Origin: an uncultured bacterium
Lineage (GTDB): Bacteria > Oederibacteriota > PGYV01 > CAWJRG01
Reading direction: 5' to 3'
Assembly: GCA_963845185.1 (NCBI GenBank)
Contig: CAWJRG010000005.1
Coordinates: forward strand, 608,001-672,000
Length of the DNA stretch: 64,000 nt
The translations under genes and the position numbers were made by a program. A model generated the notes under the pieces. It worked only from the letters and a program-made list of their open reading frames with translations. It had not been told where the DNA came from and made no database searches. The first letter of the stretch is position 1, and the number at the start of each line of letters is the position of its first letter. Below are positions 9,735 to 20,300 of the stretch, piece by piece.

Positions 9735-10073
9735 TTATTTAGCCGGCTTTTTAATTTTTCTCAATTCCCATACTGTGCCTTTTGCATCAGGGCAGTGTAT
9801 CTTATATACCCTGGGGTCATCGTACCACGATGGGACGCCAAGCATTACGCGCAGGATATAGCGGTCTATGACGTGCAAAAGCGCGTCACAGATGTGCTCC
9901 GGCCTTTTTAACGGGCTTTCGTAAATAAAAATATCCCCGAGGCTGTGCTTGCAGACTTCGTTTTTCTCAACCATCTTTATCTCAACCGCGCTGAAGCTTT
10001 TCCAGAATTTCTTATATTCTTCCGGGTCTTTTATTTTTCCCATGTCGATATTCAGGTCTAAATCTTCTCCCAT
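9735..10073 (-). CDS. Small Cys-motif protein (TIGR04076-like)
   Basis: C-x4-GD...ICDAL...HCPD pattern, AGGAGG RBS. Confidence 0.55.
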   Translation of the reverse strand: MGEDLDLNIDMGKIKDPEEYKKFWKSFSAVEIKMVEKNEVCKHSLGDIFIYESPLKRPEHICDALLHVIDRYILRVMLGVPSWYDDPRVYKIHCPDAKGTVWELRKIKKPAK

Positions 10074-10095
10074 TTTAATAACCTCCTTATTAAAA

Positions 10096-10692
10096 TTACT
10101 TTGAGCCAGGAACCTGTCTGTCAGGATTGTTTGTCCCTTCGGGAACTGCCGTGCCTGTTACAGACGCCGACCAAACTGATGCGGTCACGGTGTTGCTGAA
10201 ATAATTATCAATCATATCTTTTAACTCAAGAAAATCTTTTGGCTGGCCGTGGTGCTGCCCGCTATCATCGGATGTACCGGAGTTGTCATTTTGCACTCCC
10301 ATACCGCCGCTTCCTCCCCAGCCGCCGCCGCCAAATCCTCCACCGCCGGAACCCCTGTGACCGCCCCTGTGCTCGCCTGAATTGCTGCCGGCATTTTTTG
10401 CAATATCATCCATTTTATCAATTACATCCTGAGCCTTGGCAATAATTTCCGCGCCTTCCGCGCTGGTTATCTTGCCGGTCTCCATGCCGTATACAGTACG
10501 TTTAAGCTGGTCAGTTATACCTTCTTTCATCCGGTTCATGCGGCTGTTCCAGTCCTTGTCGCCGACATCTCTCATCATCAGTTCCAGGTCCGAGATCTCT
10601 TCGTCCGTGCTTTTTACGATTACTTTCCTTTGCGTGGCACAGCCTGCTGTAATTACCAATATTACTATGGCTAAAATCCATGCTTTTTTAAT
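10096..10692 (-). CDS. Hypothetical lipoprotein with Gly-rich segment
   Basis: In-frame ATT at 10692, 7 nt after GGAG, restores the signal (M)KKAWILAIVILVITAGC. Confidence 0.6.
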   Translation of the reverse strand: MKKAWILAIVILVITAGCATQRKVIVKSTDEEISDLELMMRDVGDKDWNSRMNRMKEGITDQLKRTVYGMETGKITSAEGAEIIAKAQDVIDKMDDIAKNAGSNSGEHRGGHRGSGGGGFGGGGWGGSGGMGVQNDNSGTSDDSGQHHGQPKDFLELKDMIDNYFSNTVTASVWSASVTGTAVPEGTNNPDRQVPGSK

Positions 10693-10880
10693 TTTTATTC
10701 TCCTGATTTACGGATTTTATTGGAATTTGACTTGTTAGAATAACCGGAATATATCTTATTGAAAAAATCCCCCCTCACGGCAGGTTTAATTGCTTTAATT
10801 ATTTAATAAAATTCAATCCATAATGCTGCCGGGTTGCCGTATTTGCCGCCCGGCAGGAGTAATGGATTTTTTTAAAACTC

Positions 10881-11063
10881 TTATTTTGTCGTTGTGGCTG
10901 CTGCGGCAGGATTTACTTTTTTGCATCTCTTTCCGTGATGTTTACCCATCTTTTTGCATGCTTTGGACGGGCCTGGCGTTGCTGAAGCACTTCCTGCAGT
11001 GCCTGCAAATGCCACTGTTGCTGAAAATAGTGCGATAAGAACGATAGCCATAATTTTCTTCAT
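10881..11063 (-). CDS. Small secreted Lys/His-rich protein
   Basis: GGAGGTG RBS, signal peptide MKKIMAIVLIALFSATVAFA, two Cys. Confidence 0.65.
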   Translation of the reverse strand: MKKIMAIVLIALFSATVAFAGTAGSASATPGPSKACKKMGKHHGKRCKKVNPAAAATTTK

Positions 11064-11161
11064 CTTTTTCACCTCCTTCATTTTAAACTTTTTACTTGGT
11101 TATTAGACGCTTTTGATGTGCATAAAAGTTCCATAATATAATTCGCCTTATCTGCCGCATT

Positions 11162-12202
11162 TTACTTGCCTGCTACCACCAAAATCACAAAAGTATCCTT
11201 TATTATAGGAGGACGCTGCCAATGGATTCCCGGCGCCGGTGTTTGTGCAGGCATTGGCCCGAACTCGGCAGTTGGAAGAAAAATTTTGTGAGTCACAGGG
11301 TCCACTGTCATTGTGCGCGCGCCTTTTTGCGTTTCCGCTGTCTGGACAACCTCAAATTTTCCACCAGGCGCCGCTTTGGCCACGGTCAATGTACCGTCTG
11401 CTCCGTTGGCGCAGAACGCAAGCCCTCTTTTTGCGTCAAAACCGCACCCGTCAACACCGGAACCTACAGGTACCGCTGCTGTAATTTTTCCGCTTTGTAT
11501 GTCGAGCACAGTCATCATTCTATTATGGCACCCGGAAAAAATAAGGTAATTCTTTATATCAATTGCTATGCCTGTTGGTTCATTACCCGGCTTTATGGAA
11601 AAACGCCTGGCAATTTTTTCCTTTGCAGAATCAATTTCAACCACCTCGGCTGTGTCTTCTATATTTACATATACCATGCCGTTGCCGTCGGCGCACGCGA
11701 ATTCCGGCTTTCCGCCAAGGGCAATCGTCCCAATGGCCCTGCCCGCGGCCGCGTCGATTACTGTCGAGTCTTTTGATTTCCCGTTGAATGTAAACACTTT
11801 TTTGGAAAACGCGTCATAAAGTATAGCGTCCGGATTTTCTCCGGTCTTTACTTCGCCTTTTATTTTTAAGGTTTTCAAATCAAAAATAGTGACGGTATTT
11901 GCCTTGCCGTTGCTTGTAAACCCGCAGTTAAACTCTTCCGCGATTGCGATGCCATGAACGCCGTCAGTGCCCGGGATTTCCCCTACAACTTTGTTCCTGG
12001 CAGTATCCACAACAATAACATGCGTCCCGCGCGAAATATAAAGCCTCGACGCCGCGCTGTCGCAGGTCAGGTAATCCCAGCCTTCTTCGCCTTTGACATG
12101 TATTTTTTTTACAACCCTGTATCCCGGTTCCGCGCAGAATCCTGCTGCGTAAATTGCCAGGGCCAGCCCTGATAAAAATAGAACCTTAAAAAATCTCTTC
12201 AT
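11162..12202 (-). CDS. YncE/YVTN-type beta-propeller protein
   Basis: GWDYLT, GVHGIA, GENPDAI, GKPEF, KGARTM repeats. Signal peptide. ATG at 12202 overlaps the upstream stop. Confidence 0.85.
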   Translation of the reverse strand: MKRFFKVLFLSGLALAIYAAGFCAEPGYRVVKKIHVKGEEGWDYLTCDSAASRLYISRGTHVIVVDTARNKVVGEIPGTDGVHGIAIAEEFNCGFTSNGKANTVTIFDLKTLKIKGEVKTGENPDAILYDAFSKKVFTFNGKSKDSTVIDAAAGRAIGTIALGGKPEFACADGNGMVYVNIEDTAEVVEIDSAKEKIARRFSIKPGNEPTGIAIDIKNYLIFSGCHNRMMTVLDIQSGKITAAVPVGSGVDGCGFDAKRGLAFCANGADGTLTVAKAAPGGKFEVVQTAETQKGARTMTVDPVTHKIFLPTAEFGPMPAQTPAPGIHWQRPPIIKDTFVILVVAGK

Positions 12203-13077
12203 TTCGCTGCTCCTTTTTCTGCTTTTATTTCCCATTCATATATTTTGTCCTGTGCCGCAGGGGCGTCCTGTGCATCCGGGGATACTTCAAGATATTTGTT
12301 CATTTCATCAACTGCGCCCTCATAATCGCTTTGCTGCTCGCCTAAAAGCACGGCCAGGTCATAATGTCCCTTGGGATACCATGGCGCTGCTTTAAGGCCT
12401 TTGCTGTAAAGCTCTGCTGCGCCGCTGTAATCTTTATTTTTTGCGGCTTCTTCTGCCTGTTCAAAATATTTGCCTGCTTTTTTTCTCAGTTTATATTTTG
12501 CCGGATTTAAAAGGTATTCTTCCGCCGTCTTTCTGAAAGCTTGTTTTTCAGGGCTGTACTCCCTTGATTGCGGGTCATGGATAAGGACATACAAAGAATC
12601 AGCGAATACGGTCGCAACGTTTACCGCGTCTCCTGTATTGCCGTACCTTCCCTTACCGCTGCCGTACATCCAAAAATAAAAATAAAACTTGCCCGAATTC
12701 GCTGAATTTTGCACTACAACATAAACAAAGCCCCCCATGTCGCCCTGGTAGTTGATAACTGTCGGGTCCCCGAGGTCAATAAATTTCAGGGAAACTGTTT
12801 CTGCCTTTCCCTTGTCAGGCCACGGCGATTCTTCAAACGTAATCCCCTCGCTGCTGATATCCAAATTTGTTACGGAAAAATCCGTATTTTTATAGTCCTG
12901 GTCAACATCAAGTATGCCTTTGAAGGTATCCGAAAAGTTATCGTACGCCCATTTTTTTGAATTGTCGTTTATCAGGTTTGCCTCGGGCTTGTATATCACG
13001 TTCGCGCATCCGGATATAAGAACGCAAAAAAATGCCGTTACAAAAAGTATTCCCCAAAAACGTATTTTTCCCGTCAT
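12199..13077 (-). CDS. Lipoprotein with C-terminal TPRs
   Basis: Lipobox ISGC, TPR-like YSGAAELYSKGLKAAPWYPKGHYDLA. Confidence 0.75.
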   Translation of the reverse strand: MTGKIRFWGILFVTAFFCVLISGCANVIYKPEANLINDNSKKWAYDNFSDTFKGILDVDQDYKNTDFSVTNLDISSEGITFEESPWPDKGKAETVSLKFIDLGDPTVINYQGDMGGFVYVVVQNSANSGKFYFYFWMYGSGKGRYGNTGDAVNVATVFADSLYVLIHDPQSREYSPEKQAFRKTAEEYLLNPAKYKLRKKAGKYFEQAEEAAKNKDYSGAAELYSKGLKAAPWYPKGHYDLAVLLGEQQSDYEGAVDEMNKYLEVSPDAQDAPAAQDKIYEWEIKAEKGAAK

Positions 13078-13144
13078 TTTTGTCTCCTAATCAAAATATT
13101 GTTCCTGCTTAAAGATAAAAATAATGAATTGCCGTTGCCCATAA

Positions 13145-13170
13145 ATAAAAAGACGCCCCTGCGGGCGTCT
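13145..13170 (-). terminator. Intrinsic terminator after rpmA
   Basis: AGACGCCC-N4-GGGCGTCT stem followed by a T run on the minus strand. Confidence 0.8.
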
Positions 13171-13203
13171 TTAGCTTGATTTTATATTTGCAATTTTATG
13201 TTT

Positions 13204-13467
13204 TTAATTAATGGCTTGCGCAGGGTATACACTCACTCTTTTTTTATTTTTGCTGTCTTCGTATTTAACCTTGCCTGTGACTTTCGCAAATAAAGTATGG
13301 TCCTTGCCGACACCGACGTTATAACCGGCATTTATCCTTGTGCCGCGCTGCCGCACAAGTATTGTCCCCGCGTGCACGAGGTTATTGTCGTGCTGCTTTA
13401 CGCCGAGCCGCTGGCCAGCGCTGTCCCTGCCGTTTCTTGAACTGCCCTGAGCTTTTGTATGTGCCAT
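13204..13467 (-). CDS. rpmA: 50S ribosomal protein bL27
   Basis: [16 protein letters not shown]...RLGVK...[10 protein letters not shown]...DHTLFA. Confidence 0.98.
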   Translation of the reverse strand: MAHTKAQGSSRNGRDSAGQRLGVKQHDNNLVHAGTILVRQRGTRINAGYNVGVGKDHTLFAKVTGKVKYEDSKNKKRVSVYPAQAIN

Positions 13468-13486
13468 ATCATTTCACCTCTTTGTT

Positions 13487-13798
13487 TTACCCTTCTATTT
13501 TCTGGATTTTCAGTTTTGTAAACTGCTGTCTGTGGCCTTTTTTCCTTCTCATGTTTTTTCTGCGCTTCCACTTGAATACAACCACCTTGTCGCCTTTTAC
13601 TTTCGGGTTTATTATTTCCGCGGTAATTTTCACGTTTTGTACGGTAGGCGCCCCGACTTTAATTTCTTCGCCGTTGACAAGCAGCAGTATTTTGTCAAAA
13701 TTAACCTGCTTGTCCGTGACTTCCAATTTATCAACGTCAATTACCGAATTTTCAGAGACTTTATACTGTTTTCCCGCAATTTCAACTATGGCGTACAT
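13487..13798 (-). CDS. rplU: 50S ribosomal protein bL21
   Basis: MYAIVEIAGKQYKV...KKGHRQQFT. Confidence 0.98.
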   Translation of the reverse strand: MYAIVEIAGKQYKVSENSVIDVDKLEVTDKQVNFDKILLLVNGEEIKVGAPTVQNVKITAEIINPKVKGDKVVVFKWKRRKNMRRKKGHRQQFTKLKIQKIEG

Positions 13799-13856
13799 TT
13801 TAAATCCTCCCTTTTCCTTTATTTTATCTTTTCTGTTTCATTATTTGACTTCATTC

Positions 13857-13932
13857 TGGTGAGCCGGGCGAGAGTCGAACTCGCGACGCCCGCCTTAAAA
13901 GGGCGGTGCTCTACCAACTGAGCTACCGGCCC
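13857..13932 (-). tRNA. tRNA-Lys(TTT)
   Basis: 76 nt: GGGCCGGTAGCTCAGTTGGTAGAGCA-CCGCC-CTTTTAA-GGCGG...GTTCGACTC...CCGGCTCACCA. Encoded CCA. Confidence 0.97.
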
Positions 13933-14002
13933 ACTCATATTTACAGTTTAAAGTTCCATTTTAAATGTTCAAAGTCAATCCATTAAAAACCATCAATCAG
14001 GT

Positions 14003-14039
14003 AGCTCAGTTATCGGCCGCAAGGCCGATTTACTGAGCT
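14003..14039. other. Long hairpin in the tRNA upstream region
   Basis: AGCTCAGT-T-ATCGGCC-GCAA-GGCCGAT-TT-ACTGAGCT. Confidence 0.7.
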
Positions 14040-14244
14040 GAAATGCCCATGCGAGCCATTGCGAGCATACAAAAATCAATGCTTACCGTCCTATCATTTT
14101 GCCGGGCTTTTTCCCCGGCTCAAGGCCAACGTCTATTTGTCCAGGCCGTTAATTGATTTCATAAATTTACAAACAGCATTATCCGTCCGCAAGTTTAATG
14201 TTATTTTTCACTGCATTTATGACAGGATTTAATAACAGGGCTAT

Positions 14245-14272
14245 ATTTTACACATCTTGCATTTTATGTCAA
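14245..14272 (-). promoter_or_regulatory. Sigma70-type promoter upstream of tRNA-Lys/rplU/rpmA
   Basis: TTGACA-N16-TAAAAT. Confidence 0.55.
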
Positions 14273-14357
14273 TATGTTTTTATATTCGGAATAAAATTGC
14301 CGCGGCGCCCGGCTTATGCAGCCCCTTCTCCGGCGGCATAAGCTAAACCCATGGTTT

Positions 14358-14843
14358 TTATTGCGTCCCAAACTTATAGTAATACATTTTTTTCCTTGTT
14401 ATTTTGCCGTCTTTTTCATGGACAAGAAAAACCTGTGCCCTGCCGGTGCTGGATATTTCATAGGTTTCCCACTTATCGTGGCTTTCCCTCTGCACCGAAG
14501 GCTTGTATGTTCTTATTTTCTTTCTGTCAATATCCACAAACACGGCGTCTTGCATGGATACCTGGCCTTTGTATTTGACGCACATGAAACACGCGTATTT
14601 TGCGTTTGTCGAAAGCATTTCATCGTATACGCCCGTTATCTGCTCGCCTTTTTGCGGCCTGTATTCCCAGATTATCCTGTCCCCTTCATAAATAATAACT
14701 TCATTTTTCCCGTTAATTTCAAGCACTCTGCCGTTTTTCTCAATGCGCCTCGTTTTTTCCCCTGTTAAGTCTTTAACCCTGCCCCTTGCGCATGAAAAAA
14801 CTACAAGCAATGCGCATATAAAAAGTACCGCTGTTTTTTTCAC
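14358..14843 (-). CDS. Hypothetical lipoprotein
   Basis: GTG start after GGAG, lipobox VFSC. Confidence 0.65.
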   Translation of the reverse strand: MKKTAVLFICALLVVFSCARGRVKDLTGEKTRRIEKNGRVLEINGKNEVIIYEGDRIIWEYRPQKGEQITGVYDEMLSTNAKYACFMCVKYKGQVSMQDAVFVDIDRKKIRTYKPSVQRESHDKWETYEISSTGRAQVFLVHEKDGKITRKKMYYYKFGTQ

Positions 14844-14903
14844 TTTTTTCTCCGTTAAATGCCTTTTGCAATTTCCCCCGGCCAGGAACCGAAAACCGGC
14901 AAT

Positions 14904-15389
14904 TTACGGCTTTAAGACAACCTTTTCCTTTATTGTCATTTTGGTTATTTCCGCGCCTTTGGCTTCCGGGTGGAAGTTGTATCCGTAATCAAGCACGCCC
15001 ACTTCGTAGCCTTTTTCCGGAAACCAGGTCAGGATTATATGCATCGGGTATTCGACGCCTTTTGTAAAGTCGCACGAGTATATGAGTTCGATGTCGGGCT
15101 TTCCCTTGGGGTCAATGTAATACTTGAACTCGGCTTTTTTCCATTTCCCGAGCATACCCGCGTTTTTTCCGCAGGAGCCAGCAAAAGCGTCAACGTCAAT
15201 CTGGTTCTTGAATTCATCCGTAAAATACTTGTACGCGCCCTCATAATTCCCGGCCATGAGGTTCTTTAAAACCTTGTTTGCTGTTTCCACGGCTTTTGTG
15301 ACGTCGTGGACAACCGGTTTTTGCGCACAGGACAGAAAAAACAAAACAGCCGCACACGATAACACTGCAACAACTTTTTTGATGGACAT
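14904..15389 (-). CDS. Hypothetical lipoprotein (NTF2/DUF3887-like)
   Basis: GGAGGT RBS, lipobox FLSC, GNYEGAYKYFTDEFK motif. Confidence 0.65.
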   Translation of the reverse strand: MSIKKVVAVLSCAAVLFFLSCAQKPVVHDVTKAVETANKVLKNLMAGNYEGAYKYFTDEFKNQIDVDAFAGSCGKNAGMLGKWKKAEFKYYIDPKGKPDIELIYSCDFTKGVEYPMHIILTWFPEKGYEVGVLDYGYNFHPEAKGAEITKMTIKEKVVLKP

Positions 15390-15405
15390 TTTTTACCTCC
15401 CTTAT

Positions 15406-15505
15406 GATAGCGTTTGTTTTGTCGAGCCGTCAACAGGCTATGACAAAACATTACGCTATCTTAGTACCCGATCCAGTCCGGGCCGCAGGTCCGGACAAGC
15501 GGTAT
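15406..15505. other. Two adjacent intergenic stem-loops
   Basis: GATAGCGT..TGTTTTGTC..GACAAAACA..ACGCTATC (15406-15460), then GTCCGG..CCGGAC. Confidence 0.55.
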
Positions 15506-15547
15506 TAATTATCTTCCAAAATTGTTAATTCTTAATTGATGATTAAG

Positions 15548-17344
15548 TTATTTCCCTTGCATGCCCTGCAGGGCTTTCTGCTTGCTTCTTGCGTCCTCTA
15601 TATAGCGTTTCACTTTCAGCACGTAATCGCTTTTTGGGTCAAGCTCCTCGATATTTTTCCAGTAAATAATCGCGGCGTCAAGGTTACCGTCTGTGTATTT
15701 TTCTATGCCTTTGTAGTAATATTCCTTTGTTTTCGAGTTTATTAGTTCTTTCAGCGTCGCAAGCATGCTGGTGGCATCCTCGTACGCAGGGCACATATTC
15801 ACCAGATTCCTCAGCTTTTTCACTCCTTCCACGACCGACGCGTCCTTGGCCACCTCTGCTTTTGCCTTGCCTATGTCATCCTGCATTTCCTGCTGTTTTA
15901 TTTTCGTCCTTTCTATGTATTGCTTTATTTTTGCGAAATTCGGGTCTTTTGCCAGTCCCGCCTGCCATGTTGACAGTGCTTTTGTATAATCGCAGTCGTT
16001 ATAATATTTCAGCCCGTCCCTGAAATATTTCTCGGCCTGTTTTGACATGCCTTTCGACGACTTTAATTCCCTCGCGTCGTTCATCCACAGGTCAATATCC
16101 TTGTATGCCGGGTATATCTTTTTTACGTCGTCCCAGCTTTTCACGGCTTTTTCAAACTCGAATTTTTCGTAAAATTTCATGCCTTCGGCAAAAAGTTTAT
16201 CGGCTCTCTTCAGGTTGCCTGCGCTCAATATCATTTTCCTGGCTTTTGCTATGTCTATGTCAATGCCCTCGTAATCCGGGACCGAAGCTTTCACCTCTTC
16301 CCATTTGCGCATGGCTCCCCTGTAATCGCCTGCTTTGAAAAGTTCCTCTCCGTCCGCGTAGGTCTGCGAAGCAAGGAACCGGGTCATTTTCATGTAATTG
16401 TCTTTTTCTTTTTCTTCCGAGCTCTCGTACAAAAATTTCAGGCCCACGAGGTTTGTGATGCCGAGGTCGCCCTTTGACGTAAAAGCGTAATCAAAAGACA
16501 GCTGGTCTATTGTGATTCCCGCTCCTGCCGACAATCCTGTCACTCCCTGTAGCACCTGGTTTGCGCTGCTGAAATTATAGCCCCCGCGCAGAGTCAGTAT
16601 TTTAAACAATTTGAGTTCCGCGCCCGCAGCGTATGACATGCCGTACAGTGCCGAATATTTTGCGTCAACCGCTGCCGTAAGCTTGTTGCCCTGTATATTG
16701 AATACATTTACTCCAAAGCCGCTCCTTATGTTGTAAACGCCGCTTGAGCTCAGGTTAAAATTCTGCAGCGCGGCTCCTATTGACACGATGTCCCCTATTT
16801 TCGCGAGCACACCTGCGTTAAGCAGGAATCCGTAAGCGCTGTAACTCGCTATTGAAATGTTTGAAGCATTCAGGCCTATCCCCAGCGACAAATAATCCGT
16901 GACCGGCGCTCCGTAAGCAAGCCCGCCTGAAATATTATTCGGGTTGATGCTGTTGTTCATGTCCACGCCGTTTGAGTCCCTTTGCTCAAAAATGCCGTAG
17001 TTTGTATAGGAAAAAAAACCGCCTACTACCCCGTATCCCACGGGCAGCGCCGCGTTCGCGTACTGGAAAGATGAGTCAAGCAACCACTTATCGTAAGCAG
17101 CATCGAGTTCAATGAGTTTAATGTCGGAAAGCCCTGCCGGGTTATAAAAAACAGACGATGCGTCGTCGGAAATTGCGGTAAAGGCGCCTGCCAGGCCTGC
17201 GGCGCGCGCACCCATGTTTATGTCGAGCGACGCGAAGTCAATCGGGTTTGCGGTCGTGGCAAAGGCAAAGTTCGCACCCAACAAAGTAGCTGCGGAAATT
17301 AAAAAGAATTTTTTTATTCTGTTCTTCACACCAATGGGTCTCAT
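15548..17344 (-). CDS. PorV/PorQ (FadL-like) family outer-membrane barrel fused to a TPR domain
   Basis: GARAAGLAGAFTAISDDASSVFYNPAGL plug motif, alternating beta-strands ending LRGGY...GAG...FDYAF, then ~290 aa of TPRs. Confidence 0.8.
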   Translation of the reverse strand: MRPIGVKNRIKKFFLISAATLLGANFAFATTANPIDFASLDINMGARAAGLAGAFTAISDDASSVFYNPAGLSDIKLIELDAAYDKWLLDSSFQYANAALPVGYGVVGGFFSYTNYGIFEQRDSNGVDMNNSINPNNISGGLAYGAPVTDYLSLGIGLNASNISIASYSAYGFLLNAGVLAKIGDIVSIGAALQNFNLSSSGVYNIRSGFGVNVFNIQGNKLTAAVDAKYSALYGMSYAAGAELKLFKILTLRGGYNFSSANQVLQGVTGLSAGAGITIDQLSFDYAFTSKGDLGITNLVGLKFLYESSEEKEKDNYMKMTRFLASQTYADGEELFKAGDYRGAMRKWEEVKASVPDYEGIDIDIAKARKMILSAGNLKRADKLFAEGMKFYEKFEFEKAVKSWDDVKKIYPAYKDIDLWMNDARELKSSKGMSKQAEKYFRDGLKYYNDCDYTKALSTWQAGLAKDPNFAKIKQYIERTKIKQQEMQDDIGKAKAEVAKDASVVEGVKKLRNLVNMCPAYEDATSMLATLKELINSKTKEYYYKGIEKYTDGNLDAAIIYWKNIEELDPKSDYVLKVKRYIEDARSKQKALQGMQGK

Positions 17345-17352
17345 TTATCCTT

Positions 17353-20300
17353 TTACCTACCTACGACAAGAAATTTGTTCGCCTTGAATTTGATTTCTGT
17401 GCCTGAGGCGGTCTTTGCCCTTATAATATAGTAATAAACTCCCGGGCTAAACCCCGAAATATTCTCCTGCGAAGCATTTGTCGCAGTGGCATAGCCAGTG
17501 CACTCAAACTTGCGCGCAAAATTTCCTGCAAAATTAAAAATATTTATTGTGACATTTGCCTGCTCGTTTAATGAATAAACAAAAGTAATGCTTGTTGTTG
17601 CCGGCACAGGGAAGACATACGAATCGTCCGCCGGTGGCTGCTGCAGCCCGGGCACGGGTGTTGTTGTGATTGACGGCGTTGGCGTAATCGATATAACAGG
17701 TGTCTGTGTCACGGTCATTGTTATTGTATATGTCTGCGTAATTGTCGGGGTATTCGTAGCTGTAACCAGGTACCCGAGGTCAGGGCAGAATTGCGTGTAT
17801 ATTGACCACAGCCTTGGCTGCGCTGTCGCCGGGCCGAACGGGTCAGGGAAACCTCCAAAAGAATTGCTGACTGCCATGCCTGAATTAACCGGTGAAGTGT
17901 CGGTATAATATACCTGTATTCCTGTCTGCGCTTCAAAAGCGAGCCAGTAATTGCCCGAAGGCAGGTGAACGCCGCCGGGTATTGTTATAGCGTTCCAGCC
18001 CGTCGTGCAGTACTGCGGGCTGCAGAATATTACAAGCGAGTTCGGCTGTCCGCCAGCGTCAGTATAAATGGCCGTAGTAATCTGGCCTGTTCCGCCTGCC
18101 ACGTATAAATACATCTGGTTGAATGTTCCGTCCTGCAGCAGTTCAAATTTGCTCGCGTATAAGGTTGACCCTCCGCTCATGAATGTACTTGAGCCGGTAT
18201 TGTTGCCAAGCGTACCTTCAGTGCAAGCCGTGGAAGTCGGCGATACTGACGAAGTCGGGCTTATTGTGGGGGTAAGAGTTATTGTCGGCGATACGGTATT
18301 TGTGCCTGTGTCAGTCGGCGTGACTGTCGGTGTTTCAGATATAATTTCAGTCTGTGTTGCCGTTGATGTTTCAGTTGCCGTGTAAGTCGAAGTGCCTGTG
18401 GGACTATCTGTCGGCGTAGGAGTTGCCGTGTATGTATAAGTGCCAGTGCCTGTCGAAGTGCTAGTCGGCGTATCAGTAGGCGTTGGTGTAGCCGTGGATG
18501 TTTCAGTATCCGTGCCTGTCGGGGTGCCTGTAGGCGTGCCTGTCAGCGTCGGCGATATAGTTGATGTCGGCGATATTGTCGGAGTATCTGTCACTGTAGA
18601 GCCGTTGGGCACCTGAGTATTTGTGGCCGTTATTGTTGGCGTATATGTAGTTGTCGGCGTTGCTGTAAATGTCGAGGTTCCAGTGCTTGTCAGCGTGCCT
18701 GTATATGTATTTGTCGGCGTCGGCGTTGACGTAAATGTCGAGGTTCCTGTGTATGTCGCTGTATTTGTACCTGTATTTGTTGGTGTGCCTGTATTTGTCG
18801 GCGTACCTGTCGGTGATGCTGTATTTGTGTATGTAAGTGTCATGGTAAATGTGGGGGTAACCGTATATGTAAACGTGCTGGTAACCGTGACAGTATATGT
18901 GTGTGCGGGATTCGGGCACTCTATTTCCCCTCCGTAACCGTGCGGCAAAAAATTTATAAGAGTGGGATAGCCGCCGCATAAAATTTTTGAGCCGGCTACG
19001 CCAATGCTCAATATTGCTCCGTTTGGAAACGGAATCCAGGGATAATCGGACCCGTCCCCTTTGCGCACAGCGACTATGCAGGGGCGTATGTCGTTATTTA
19101 ACCCGGCAGTGGTAAAACTTCCGCCAAGGTATATAACATCCGTATACGGGTCAACATACATGGAATATACCGGTGCATTTAAATTCGGGTTCCATGTGGC
19201 TATGTTGTTGCCTGTCGCATTGTCAAAAGCCGCAGCGTAACTCAAGGGCAATGTAAAATTACCGCCAAGGCAGACAGCTCGCTCCTTTAAAAGCGATTGA
19301 ATAAACAGGCCCGTTTAAATTAGGTATCCACGTGGATATATTGCTTCCTGTTATTGTGTCAAAAGCTGCTGTATAGTTTAATGGTGTTGAAAAATACCCT
19401 CCAAGATAAACAACGTTTTTGCTGATATTACACGCTGTTACCGTACTGTTTAGGCCCGGGTTCCATCCAAGCACGGTCCCTGTGGAAAGGTCGGTTGCCG
19501 CCGCGTAGTTCCTGCCCATTACTTGGCCGCCTGGTCCCATTATTGTTGTAAAAGCTCCGCCTATATACATGCTGTTGCCGTAAGGGCAAAGAGAGTAAAC
19601 TACATTGTTCGCATCCGGGTTCCAGGATGTGGCAGTTCCGTTCACAGGGTCAAAAGCAGCGAGGCAGTCGCGGGCAATAGTGCCGCTGTTTACCCATGTG
19701 AAAGCTCCGCCCGCGTAAACCGCGCTGTTTGTCAGGGCAATTGTTGTAACTATATCGCTTGTGTTCGGATCCCACGGCAAAATAACGCCGGTGTTCAGGT
19801 CAACAGCCGCAAGATGGTTTCTGGCCACGGATTTTATTGCGCGGAAGCTTCCTCCTATATATATGTTCTGCCCCTGGCCAGCTATGGCGTACACAGTGCC
19901 GTCAGGATCCGGCTGCCATGTCTGGGCCGTGCCTATAACACTGTCAAAAGCAGCCGCGTTTACCCTGGAGACAGGCGTCGATGACGCGTTATTTACAGAT
20001 GTAAAAATACCGCCTATATATATGTTTGCGCTGTTCGCGCATATTGAATAGCCGTAGTTATTCAGGTTTGGGTTCCAGCTGTTTGCCGTTCCTGTTGAAG
20101 GGATCGGGAAAGCAGCTGCGTAATTCCTTAGCGTGCCCAGTCCGGATGTCCCGCCGCTGCCTGTGTTGACTTTTGTAAAAAAGCCCGTAGCATAAAGCGT
20201 GTCGTTGTTGACCGTGCCTGTGACAGCGCAAAGCGACATTACAACGCTGTTTGCTTCAGGGTCAAAAGCCGTTGGGGTTGTTGAATTATAGGCAAAAGCA

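Noticed and set aside
13532..13921. Plus-strand ORFs over rplU and the tRNA
   Set aside because: Antisense to rplU and tRNA-Lys.
19259..19300. Programmed ribosomal frameshifting at the split genes
   Set aside because: No shared slippery motif or stimulatory structure across the six sites. All are explained by a one-base homopolymer extension.
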